Shown: positions 39,539-49,270 of the stretch, in pieces
How positions within the stretch are numbered: position 1 is the first letter of the stretch
How the letters are laid out: every line of letters starts with the position of its first letter
Source: Cyanidioschyzon merolae
Lineage: Eukaryota
Reading direction: 5' to 3' (one strand)
DNA length: 64,000 nt
Assembly: GCA_000091205.1 (NCBI GenBank)
Contig: AP006499.2
The notes under the pieces: model-generated
Database searches by the model: none
What the model saw: the letters and a program-made list of their open reading frames with translations, nothing else
Told to the model about the DNA's origin: nothing
Program-made: the position numbers and the translations under genes

Positions 39539-40821
39539 AGGTAAGCACAGTCCCTGGCGCTCTCTAGTCGTTCGCAACGACGGGGCGCGGGAAACGCACA
39601 CGTCTCACAAGGCCTCGAGCGCAGTGCGCTCTCGAAGTTTCCCAAGCGATGTAGTGCAGCTTCCTCCTCAGAAGCTTCGAAGCGCGCACGGCATCAAAAC
39701 ACACGCGCCACTGGCCCCCGGAAGAGCTGCAACGATTGTCCAGCCGCCTCCGTCCAGCTCTCCCAAAGTCGCCTCACGTTCCGAAGCTGCCAGGCTTGGC
39801 AAAGATACGAGAGGCACCTTTGCGACGAGAGTTCCGCGTTACCCTGTCTCGTCACAAGATGAATCAGTTGTTCCCTACTTGCACTCACGCCTCACACACG
39901 GCCTCGAAAGAACACCAATAAGCACCGCAACTAGAGCGCTTCCTATGCACGCATACTCTTCGTGGAGCGCGGAAGCGTGTCTCCGGTGCACGCATACGTT
40001 CCCGCGACGACACGCATCGCCCCGCCGCAGAGACACGTATGCATTCCAGGTAGAAGGTGTCAGACAAAGCGCGCCGCCGTCCACTGTGCGCGAATTTTTC
40101 GCGCGCTTTTTCGCTGTCGCCTCCAGACACGATTTTGAGTTTGGCACAGGGATCGGGCGATTGCGTGCCCGGGGTGTTGCGACGCGCGAGTTCTCAGTGG
40201 ATAGTGCGATATCCCGCATGGTCATGATGGCCGGCACACCGGCACCGGTGTAGCTCGGTTCGATCAAACAACTGATCTTTCGATAAATAAGACGACAAGC
40301 GAATCAACAGTAGGGTCATTCGTGCTGCTGTCTAGCGTAAGCGAAATACCCCGGGGAATGCCTTATTAGAGAGCGCTGGTGCAAGCGCACCGGACGGTCC
40401 ATGAATGCGAGCATCGCGAAAAAGAGATCTCGTTGCTGAGACCGCGAGCACAACCACACGCGTGCTGCTTACATACGTTCTCTGGGATTCTTCCGAGCGA
40501 CCTGCCTCTTCTGTGCAGAGCCATTTGATACTGTCCGCAGCATTACTGAAGGCGCTAATACCATGCTTCAGAAGCACAGCTTCCCGCCGAGATGCAGAGC
40601 GTTCATCCTGGAATGGTCGCCGGCTTCCCGGTGTAACGTTACTGGGTCGATAATTCAGAAAACAAACATATCCAGCGTGACGCCGGCGACAGCAGCACAG
40701 GAGGCGAGGAGAACATGTTGCAATCCGCACGGGAAACGCTCGTCTGTTGCTGTGTCTCTTTTTGGCACATTTCTTTGGGAATTCACCAACTGCATGACGA
40801 GAAAGGCGACGACTTTCTCGA

Positions 40822-42194
40822 TACACCCATGCCAAAATAAAATGGAATGGGTCCAGTTAGCTAACTCGGTCACCAAAACGCTAGCATTCCGCTCTCCTTC
40901 TATCTATTTTCATCAACATCAGCCTGTGCGGGCTTTGAGTGCGACTGATTCCTGTCCCTCTCGCTGATCACTGGGCTTACAAATGCCGATGTCTGCATTC
41001 GCGTCAGCCGCGCTGCAGCAGTCGAGATACGGTGATGCCAGCGTTCGAGTCCGGCGTTCGCTGTTTCTGGTTCATCCGCAAGCACTGCATCCACAAGCGG
41101 TCGTTACGATCCGTGCGTTGCTGGCCATTTGGAGCCCACGTCTCTGGAGCTTCGGTGCGGCTGCCGCAGCGATGACGCCTGACTGCGTTCAGGTGCTTCC
41201 ATGGGTCTGACGCCACACACGTGCTTCTTCGAGCACCGCCTCGTGGCACGTGAACGCGCGCGTCATCGCTCCTTGCATGCCACTGACCGCTGCAAAAGGC
41301 TGCCTTGGATGCCGTACCCAAAGAGCACGGACTTGTTCTGGGCGATCGCCTTGGCGAGCACGCTATCGACTGCGAATGCAAGCGACCGCTGCCCCGTTCG
41401 ACAGAGGATTTGCGGTAAGCGACGTCGTTCGGGATCAGGTGTGTACCGGGGGCGGAATCCAGACTGGAGCGCACGCCCAGCAATGTCGATCGGTCTGCGC
41501 TCCCTTCTTCGTGCACAGCGGTGACACGCGCTCTGCTGGAAGCGATCGCTACGATGCCTGACGTCCGACTCCAGGGCCCTTTGTAATGCAAACAAGGGAG
41601 ACGAGCACTTGTGGGCGTATTTTCGCATGAGAGGTATGTTGCTGACGATGTTGCATGGTGTGTTGTCGATGCCCACAGAGGGAGAGGGCAGGATTTGTCT
41701 CTGGAGTGAAATCGATGATTTGACGTAACGCGTTCAGAGAGGGTTCGGTATGCGCTTGAGACGAAGCCTCACAGGCTCGCCGTCGACTTCTCCTTCACTC
41801 GCGGAGGCGGCGGCCCGAATCGCCCCGCCCGCGAGTCGCCTCGCAACGGACGGATCGGGAGCTTGGAGAACGCGCGATCGCAGGATGCTGTTCGTACGGG
41901 AAGCGGAAGAGCAGAGGCTCGCACGCGTACAGCGGGTAACGAAAGCGGATACTGGACAAACCATTCTGGATTGCGTCGCGAATGGTCTTGCTTCTAGTCA
42001 CGTAACGAATTCCTGCTATGAAAGTGGTAGGAACTACTCCGAGGGTTATCACCGAAAATCCTAAAAGTGCATGCAAATCCCTGAGCCCCAATCGCTGCAC
42101 GTGGAATGTCGATGCTATGCTTCTGAATAAAAAACTCGGTGAAAATCACGAGGCAGGAACAGAGCAAACAATTCAGTGTTCCATTTTATAATCT
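40822..42194 (+). repeat. 1.3-kb dispersed repeat family R, copy B
   Basis: Near-identical to 26672..28031 (same orientation) and to the reverse complement of 49271..50658. It shares extended ends with copy C (aata.aatggaatgggtccagttagctaac at the 5' end, ccattttataatctaa at the 3' end). Confidence 0.85.
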
Positions 42195-42326
42195 AAAAGA
42201 GGTTAAGGAAAGTAGCACCAATTGACAGGCAGTCATCGCAGCTGGGATGCTGCACCAGCCGCTACGAAGAGCGCAGCGAGCATGTCTTTGTCCTGCATTG
42301 ACGACAAGTTCTGTTAGAGTCCGGGA

Positions 42327-42349
42327 CGCAGCAGCAGCAACAGCAGCAG
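42327..42349. repeat. (GCA)n microsatellite
   Basis: gcagcagcagcaacagcagcag read directly. Confidence 0.8.
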
Positions 42350-42602
42350 TTCTGCAAAAGCGTGCAGTGTCCTTGACGATGAGCTCGCTGCGCTCACAAA
42401 ACGCAGCTCGCGGACACTAGCAGGTGTGAGAAGGTCGATCCTGTGAACCCGCTAGCGACTTCGAGCGCCTCGGTCGTTGCAGCAGCCGCAGAGGCAACCG
42501 TTATTGACCCTTTGGGACCAGAGTGACCCGAGTTTGTTTCTTCTGGTGCAAGTTGCAGCCTAGACGGAGTGGAAACGCGAAAGGATTTCTTCTTTTGGCG
42601 AG

Positions 42603-43457
42603 ATGAGTGCAGCGCCGCCCTATGTGCGTGCAAGTGGGCGTAGAACCAGTGACTCTGTTGTGGACGCCAGCAGAGCAGACACAGCTTCAACAGTGAGCGC
42701 CAACCGTCGTTTGCAGACGCTCCTCGATCACTGGATTAGACGGGGCTGTGTCACCGAGGTAAGTGGCCCGCGAGGTGTCGGAAAAACTCACCTTGCGCTG
42801 GCATGTGCATGTCGCGCCATCCGAGACAACGCTGAGGTTATCATTCTGGATACAGAAGGTGGTATGACTTCGGACCGGCTCCAGCGCATAGAGCCTTCTG
42901 TAGCGTCTCGAATGCACCGTATACAGTGCTTCCGTCCTAGCTCGATGACAGAAGTATTGGCGCTGGCTTACTGCATGGATGCAGGTGTAATCGATACAAG
43001 TCAGGTCGCTTTAGTTATTGTAGACACCCTCGCGTCGGTTGTGCGAAGCGAATTCGTGCCGGATCGATCACTGGCACGACTTGGTCTGCTCCTACAGCGA
43101 CTGGCGCATCAGACGAATGCTATCGTGCTGGTGCTGAACCATGTCAGCTTTCGCATTCTTGAAGCCGAAGGCCCACGTGAAGTTCCGTGTGTCGAGAGAA
43201 TATGGGCATCTCTCTGTACGGTGCGCATACAGCTGATAGGACGGGACCAGTACATTGTATGGAAAGGTCATCAGCTTGATCACGGGGGTGTTGTGTCCGA
43301 ACGCTCGCAAGGAGACGGCTCAGTCGTTGGCTATTCGCAACCGCACAGATCAGGGAACGATACGCAGCCTTTCGATGCATCTGGAGCTGAGAATCCGGCC
43401 TCGCAGCCAAGCGCTCAATCGGATACTTCTTGCAAGGAGCCTAGTGGATCCAATTAG
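42603..43457 (+). CDS. RecA-fold ATPase, Rad51 paralog of XRCC2-like minimal architecture
   Basis: Walker A EVSGPRGVGKTHLALACA, then AEVIILDTEGGMTSDRLQRI, and a Walker B-like QVALVIVDTLASVVRSEF. It is ~284 aa with no N-terminal HhH domain. The order and spacing resemble XRCC2 (GPEGTGKT...EVLFIDTDYHFDMLRL...LLILDSLSAFYW). Confidence 0.55.
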   Translation: MSAAPPYVRASGRRTSDSVVDASRADTASTVSANRRLQTLLDHWIRRGCVTEVSGPRGVGKTHLALACACRAIRDNAEVIILDTEGGMTSDRLQRIEPSVASRMHRIQCFRPSSMTEVLALAYCMDAGVIDTSQVALVIVDTLASVVRSEFVPDRSLARLGLLLQRLAHQTNAIVLVLNHVSFRILEAEGPREVPCVERIWASLCTVRIQLIGRDQYIVWKGHQLDHGGVVSERSQGDGSVVGYSQPHRSGNDTQPFDASGAENPASQPSAQSDTSCKEPSGSN

Positions 43458-44812
43458 ACCAGAGTTGCGTCCGATAATAGGCATCGCATCCGTTGCGACA
43501 GCAACGACGTGTTCCGATCGGTTGCTGCATAGATAATAGAGCTTGTTCAGGATTCTTGCCCGGTTGTAATGTCCTTCTGGGGACGACCGGGCGTGCACCT
43601 TCGAGTTTGTCGCGAGCTGGGAAACTGCACTGTGCGATTGATTGCACTGCACGTACACCTCTCGGGATACACGAAAAGAATGTGAAAGCTTCGTATGGAG
43701 GCGCATTTGCGCAGAACCGAAAAGTGCGCTCCACCGTATTCGGTCAACGATGCGGGATGAATCCGTCTCATGATAGCTGGCGAAATCTTTCTGCCCCTTT
43801 TTAGCCGGGTGGTTGTTCAGCGAACACTTGTGTTTGCGTCGAAAAAGTGGGAGCGCGCATCCTTGCACGAGCGCTTTTGGGTATCGGATATGTGCATTTG
43901 CGCACCCGTGTCCGTATACGTATCTGTATCTGAATCTGGGGGCGCGCCTGGACCAGTGCCTGTGTACGTGACTGTAGATGCATCGATGCAAAAATGCATC
44001 TACATCTTTGCGCATTCGGATACCGGGACCTAGAAATGTGTGTGTATATATAGAGGAGCCCATCTAGGAGCCTCTGAATTCGTGCATAGTTTCATTCAAT
44101 GCCCCGTTCGTGCCCAGCGACATTGCAGTGCAATGGAGAAGCTTTTTCAAGGTGGCTATTTCTGGGACAATTCTGTCTTCAAATTCTGATTGGCATTCGC
44201 ATGCTTCCAGATCTTGTCGAAAATCGCTGCTAGAGTTTCGCACACCCCAAACTGTACATCAGATGCGCTCAGTATAGCCATTTTGAGAATCCTAATTGGC
44301 AATCGCGCTTGATGCACAGGGCCAAGGAACGAGATGGAGTCGACCACGCGAACGCCCCTTGCAAAGTAAAACCCTTCTGTGCGCTGATTGGACTCATTCA
44401 CGATCAGGAACAACAGATTCAAGGAAGGTTTCCGTGCTCGTGCACTGTATGTCCGGCAGTGTGTTGTCGTGCGGGATTGTTTGCTGTGACGTGAGAGACT
44501 CGCTCAATTCTAGTCCCGAACGCAAGGCCAATAGGGCCTGGCATGGCTCGCGTTCGTCGGCCACCATTGCACGCTTATCTGAGAGTATGATGGAAAACAT
44601 TTCACGCGATCGTGGCTTCATTCGTATGCGGAGTTCCGACCACTCATCTACGATATAGTTCTGCTCCAGCTAAAAGCGGCGGTGGTCCTGTGTCTCACAG
44701 GAAACCAAAATCCACTTGCATCCCTTTGTGCACGACAGGCGCCCATGTCACTGGAATACTTTGCTGTCCAGGTCGCTGCAGCCTTCGCCACAGCGCGTGG
44801 GGTTTTTTCGCT

Positions 44813-46978
44813 TCACGCGGCAGCAGCCTGACCTCTTTTGCGCGGGTCACTCGCTGCGTACATGATACCGTCTTGGACAGTGCCGCGCTGCACCGGCTCG
44901 TTTGAATGCAGAGCAAATAGCGGCAAACCAGCATGGGGTCGCACGACAGCCTGCACACAGCCAACCATTTCTGGTGCAATACTCTCATGGTCTTGGCTTC
45001 CCTCAATTTCGTGACCGACACGACGCATGTATTGGCACATCTGAGTCCAAATACCGCTATTCTTTTCCTGTGCAGATCGAACTCCTCCGAGCTCGCATTT
45101 TTGACCAACCGCTTCCATCCAGAGAACATTCGGTAGCAGCTGATGGTGTACGCGTGGCATAGAAATGGCCTCTACCAGGCCATCAGCAAAGTCGAGCACA
45201 TTGATCAGCACCTGCAGCGTCGATGAAATGATTCGGGGCCCACCGGATCCGCCAACAACAAGCACGGTACGTCCGTTGCGTACGACAATTGTAGGTGACA
45301 TCGAGGAAAGTGGTCGCTTTCCAGGCACGGGAAAATTTGGCTCTGAGGGTGATATATCGAAGGCATTCGGATGCCCGGCCACGGAAAAGTCGTCAATCTC
45401 GTTGTTGAAGACAATGCCTGTCGAGCGACTTCGAATCATGGAGCCAAATTCAGTATTGATGGTGGACGTGAGCGCGACAGCATTGCCTTGTGCGTCAAGA
45501 ACGCTCAAATGGGTAGTGCCGTGGTCATCGACTCCGCCGATAGTCGAATGAATACGCTCGGCGTCAAAGTAATAGTCCGCAGGATGCGTTTGCAGGGTAT
45601 CCAGAGTTTCGCGCAGACGCGCGGCTGCCGCTTTGTTCACCATGTAGTCGCTGACGTGAACTGCTGCTTCAGGCACAAAGTCCGGATCTCCTAATTGCGA
45701 ACGGCTCGCAAAAGCGTATTTCAGGGCTTCGGTCACAAGCTGCAGACTCTCATTGGAATGTCCACGAGATGGCATATTGTAGCCCTCGAGGATGTTCAGC
45801 GCCATAGCGATCGCCGGTCCACCGGAGCTCGGAAGTGAAGAACCGAGAATCTCAAAGCCCCTGTAGAAGCTTTGCAGAGGCTGTCTCCGTTTCGGTTGAT
45901 ATCCACTGATGTCCTCGGCAGTCATTAGTCCACCTGCCTCCTGAATTTCTTTCGCCAGAGTCGAGGCCGAGTGATTGTACAAGTAATCAGCGCCGTGAAG
46001 CGCAATCTGCGTCAGGAGTTCTGCCAGCGCCGTCTGGACGAGCGTCTCGTTTTCCGCCAAGACACGAGAACCGCTGGGGTCACAGAACACTTCACATAAA
46101 GTAGGCGATTTGAGAATTGTTGGAGCATTCTGAGCCAGGCGATATGCGAGCATGGTTCCAACCGTCGCGTTACGAGCGAGAGGGATCACTGGCAACACAA
46201 CATCTCTCCAAGAAAGCTTCCCGTATAGGGCATGCATGAGCTCGAGACCTCGAAGTTCACCAGGAACCGCGATGGAGAGTCCGCCATGGCGCGTACTTTC
46301 CGGGCCCCGTTCGCGTAGAAGCTGGTGCGTTAGGTTCATTGGCGCCGTCTCCCGTGCGTCAATGAAGTCCGTTGACCCGTTCTGCAGCCGAACGAGCGCG
46401 AAGCACCCACCTCCGATTCCAGATGCAAATGGCGACAGAACTCCTTGGCAAAGGGCAGAGGTCACAGCGGCGTCCACGGCGTTTCCGCCCAGTTCCGATA
46501 GAACCTGCAGTCCTAGTTTCGAACAGACGGGGTTGTCCGCTGCAACCGCTCCATATCGCTCACCACGTGCCAAGATGCTTTTGCCAAACGGAGCAAAGTT
46601 TTCTACAAGTGACGCTGCAGTGGTGTCGTCGCCACGAGCGCCTTTGTGGGCATCAGAACCTCCAGCGACAGGGCCTCCCTTTGAATCGTGAGTCGAGTCA
46701 GCCGCCTGAGATGGCGTACTCGTTCCAGCACGCTCATCACTTGGTGGCAAAAAGATCGGGATGCTCAAAACTGCCGCGGCGAACAGTACAAGAAAGAAGA
46801 AGAGTAGCGCATACTTTCGCAGCTCGCGAGGGTCACGCTCGCCTTCCCACCACGAAGGCAACTCGAGCCCTGAGCGAACCAAGAAAGGCTCGCGTTGCTG
46901 TTGGGACTCAACATCCAGAAAAGTCGTCCGTCGATCAATCTGTTTGCGTGGACTCAGAACAGTGATCTGGTCGGTCAT
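44813..46978 (-). CDS. GGT: Gamma-glutamyltranspeptidase, type II membrane-anchored
   Basis: GGNAVDAAVTSALCQGVLSPFASGIGGGCFALV, TTHLSVLDAQGNAVALTSTINTEFGS (Thr nucleophile region) and PGKRPLSSMSPTIV are GGT hallmarks. An N-terminal TM helix KYALLFFFLVLFAAAVLSIPIFL is present. The ORF track start at 47068 is GTG; the first ATG is at 46978. Confidence 0.85.
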   Translation of the reverse strand: MTDQITVLSPRKQIDRRTTFLDVESQQQREPFLVRSGLELPSWWEGERDPRELRKYALLFFFLVLFAAAVLSIPIFLPPSDERAGTSTPSQAADSTHDSKGGPVAGGSDAHKGARGDDTTAASLVENFAPFGKSILARGERYGAVAADNPVCSKLGLQVLSELGGNAVDAAVTSALCQGVLSPFASGIGGGCFALVRLQNGSTDFIDARETAPMNLTHQLLRERGPESTRHGGLSIAVPGELRGLELMHALYGKLSWRDVVLPVIPLARNATVGTMLAYRLAQNAPTILKSPTLCEVFCDPSGSRVLAENETLVQTALAELLTQIALHGADYLYNHSASTLAKEIQEAGGLMTAEDISGYQPKRRQPLQSFYRGFEILGSSLPSSGGPAIAMALNILEGYNMPSRGHSNESLQLVTEALKYAFASRSQLGDPDFVPEAAVHVSDYMVNKAAAARLRETLDTLQTHPADYYFDAERIHSTIGGVDDHGTTHLSVLDAQGNAVALTSTINTEFGSMIRSRSTGIVFNNEIDDFSVAGHPNAFDISPSEPNFPVPGKRPLSSMSPTIVVRNGRTVLVVGGSGGPRIISSTLQVLINVLDFADGLVEAISMPRVHHQLLPNVLWMEAVGQKCELGGVRSAQEKNSGIWTQMCQYMRRVGHEIEGSQDHESIAPEMVGCVQAVVRPHAGLPLFALHSNEPVQRGTVQDGIMYAASDPRKRGQAAAA

Positions 46979-47059
46979 CGGGTGTTGCCAGTCCACGCTG
47001 AGCAGGTTCAGAGGCGTGGCGAAGGTTGCAGCGACCGGGCAAGAAACCCCTCGATGAGC

Positions 47060-47340
47060 CCAGCACACGCGTAGCGTTCGCAGCGGCTCACGCCTGAGCG
47101 GATGAGGTACGCATCTCCTTCGTCATTGGGAGTTTCGTTAGGTTTCTTGTTCGTTAAAAAATACTCACGACACGATTCATGTGCATGTATATACGTTTAT
47201 TCCTGATGCTTGTAATGCAACTTTATCGGACTATGGATGGTGAACTGTTTTGGATTGCACTGCTATCGGGCGTTATGGGCTGGCACTGATGACACTACAT
47301 GTTGTTGCCGTACTGTCGTCGTTGTCTAGGTCATGGTGCC
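47060..47340 (+). repeat. ~280-bp dispersed repeat family Y, copy 1 (second copy at 63040..63310)
   Basis: Shared aacgcgtagcgttc.cagcg.c.cacgc.tg.g.ggatgaggtacgcatc ... cgtttatt.cctatgcttgt.atgca ... catgggctgg.actg.tg.ca.t.ca.gt..ttgcc.t..tcgtcgt between the two loci. Confidence 0.6.
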
Positions 47341-47689
47341 TGCTACTTTCCCCGGATCCGGCGATCTTGGCAGAGATGCAGCGCGCTTTCAGCGTCGATA
47401 TGGACCACGACGTGCGAGCCTTGTACATCACATGGCAGGATCGAGGCACCCGACAAAAGCAGATACTGCATTTTGGTCTACGCTATTGGTGTACTGGCGA
47501 GAGCGTACCCGGAAGGTCGTGGCGCAATCGCCAAACCGTGAAGTGATTCTTACTCCCGCCAGTCATATGCGCCCGGATATTCGTTGGCTACCTGCTGATT
47601 TTTCACATCAAGTAGGAATACTTTGGAACGTACGGATTTTCTCTCTTTCCGTTTATACGTCCAGTGAGGCGGAACAGGTTCACAGCGAT

Positions 47690-48180
47690 GGAAGGTAAAA
47701 ATATCTGTCCAATCGCAGACGCCTCCCAACGTCGTTTGACCGGTCGCCTGGTATCGGCTTCAGATTTTCCTCACATACTGCGCGAAGAGGCTGCCCCATA
47801 AATAAAGTAAGCTCGCCTCAGATCCCCGAGTCTCCTCTTCGGCACCGCACATCGTCTCATATTTGTGGCGGCGTTGATGTCACAGTTGACAAACTCCTTG
47901 CTTTTATTGCATCCGGGCGAAATAACCAAAGCAAGTATTTCTAGAGCTCATGTCCTCTGCGCCACGACAGTCTCGTCATCGTCCCGCTGGGTAAACACCT
48001 TTTCTCAACTTTTCCCCTTCTTCTGCTTCTTCGTCACTTGCTCCTCTTCTCACGATGGTATCGGAGAAGAGAATTTTATTGGTTTTCGTCCAACCCGGTG
48101 ATGATGGCCCTCCGAGATCCTCGAATTATACGCCCATACCATCGCATTTTATTTTTTATTTTGGAACATGAACACCCTTC
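47690..48180 (-). mobile_element. Internally deleted Fanzor-family derivative, copy 4 (5' region + RuvC-III relic + conserved 3' motif)
   Basis: Minus strand reads ...KEFVNCDINAATNMRRCAVPKRRLGD (RDxNAAxNI-type relic, ~47800..47990). The 3' motif ggcGACCGGTCAAACGACGTTGGGAGGCGTCTGCGATTGG is at 47709..47748. The 5' portion 48000..48180 is homologous to 20100..20230 and 62400..62545. Confidence 0.6.
47709..47748 (-). other. Conserved 3'-terminal non-coding motif, Fanzor family copy 4
   Basis: See the alignment in the findings; it carries the same GCCGGTC...GGGAGGCGTCT core. Confidence 0.4.
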
Positions 48181-48513
48181 TTCATGTCCTGAGGTGAAAC
48201 CCCTTCACGGAGGGAGAAGGACTTGCGGAAGACAGACGGAATGTGCCCCGGTGAGTCAAAGTTGTGAAAGCTTGATCAGTTCGCCCAGCGTAGCGTTCAT
48301 TACGTTTCACGGTACGACACATTCCTTCGATGTGTTGAATCACGTAGAGGAAGCATTAATGAAAAGCAGCTCTATCCGGATAGAATCCGCAAAAACTCGA
48401 ACCCAAAGGGCATCATGAAATACCAACTTGTATAGTTGAAGGACGTTACCAGATGTCAGGGAAAAGTCTTCAATGATTCGGCTAATTTGTACATGGTGTT
48501 GTATGAGACTTCT

Positions 48514-48951
48514 CTACGAGCGACGCTGAGGCCGCCATACGAATCCCTTGTAGCTAGACCAGATGATATCCTCGTTCTCTTCGAGTTCGGTCGTATATAA
48601 CATAATCCCTCCCCGCGAACACCCATATATGCGCCAACGGTATCGCCTGAAGGAACCATCATCAACTGAAAAAAGAAACCGACGTCCCTGTGCCTCATAC
48701 CGGTCGTGAGGTACCAGGAACACTTTCTTTGCGATTTCGTTGGAAGATGGACATGCTGTAACTAGTACCTTTTTGGGACTGTATCCCAGTGTTTTCAGGA
48801 CAGGATGAAAAAGCTGGTGAGGTGCAGAGACGCCCGTAGTGGCTACTGTTGTCGCTTCTACCTTCCGGAAGGTGAACGACGGTTCGCTGTCTGCCATTGA
48901 CCGCCAGCATTCTATAAAACTATCGGTTTCTGGCGTAAAGCGCACATACAT
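48514..48951 (-). CDS. Hypothetical protein in an AT-richer island between Fanzor copy 4 and repeat copy C (may be TE-associated or spurious)
   Basis: ORF only: ...KKVFLVPHDRYEAQGRRFLFSVDDGSFRRYRWRIYGCSRGGIMLYTTELEENEDIIW, with no motif I can assign. The ORF track start is GTG; the first ATG is at 48951. Confidence 0.25.
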   Translation of the reverse strand: MYVRFTPETDSFIECWRSMADSEPSFTFRKVEATTVATTGVSAPHQLFHPVLKTLGYSPKKVLVTACPSSNEIAKKVFLVPHDRYEAQGRRFLFSVDDGSFRRYRWRIYGCSRGGIMLYTTELEENEDIIWSSYKGFVWRPQRRS

Positions 48952-49270
48952 CTTTCTTTCCACGTTCCTCAACCATCTGAGTGTCACGGTGTGACTGATC
49001 TGAAGGAGAACTGCAGTCTTCCTTGCACTGTTCAGTACAAAGTATACCCTACAGACAATTCATCGACGATCTATAGAGCACACTGCAGAGTTATTTCGAT
49101 CTGCTGCTCTACACCGCATCCGCCGAGAAATAAAATTGAGTTGGAAGACTAATGTAGCCCTTGGGCCAGCGTCCGGCGGATACCGCTGCTTCTTGTACAC
49201 GCTCTTCGGGATGCATGCGGCAGGTACGCATCAACTCTGCATGACATGCATCCGCTTTGAGATCCAAAAC

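Noticed and set aside
39435-40253. 272-aa Ser/Arg/Pro-rich ORF upstream of POLE
   Set aside because: Low-complexity composition with no motif. It most likely covers the POLE promoter or 5' region and is not a gene.
43972-44001. Perfect 10-bp stem hairpin gtagatgcat-cgatgcaaaa-atgcatctac
   Set aside because: It is a single short palindrome in an intergenic region with no repeated occurrence or flanking feature. It is too little to call a terminator or regulatory element.
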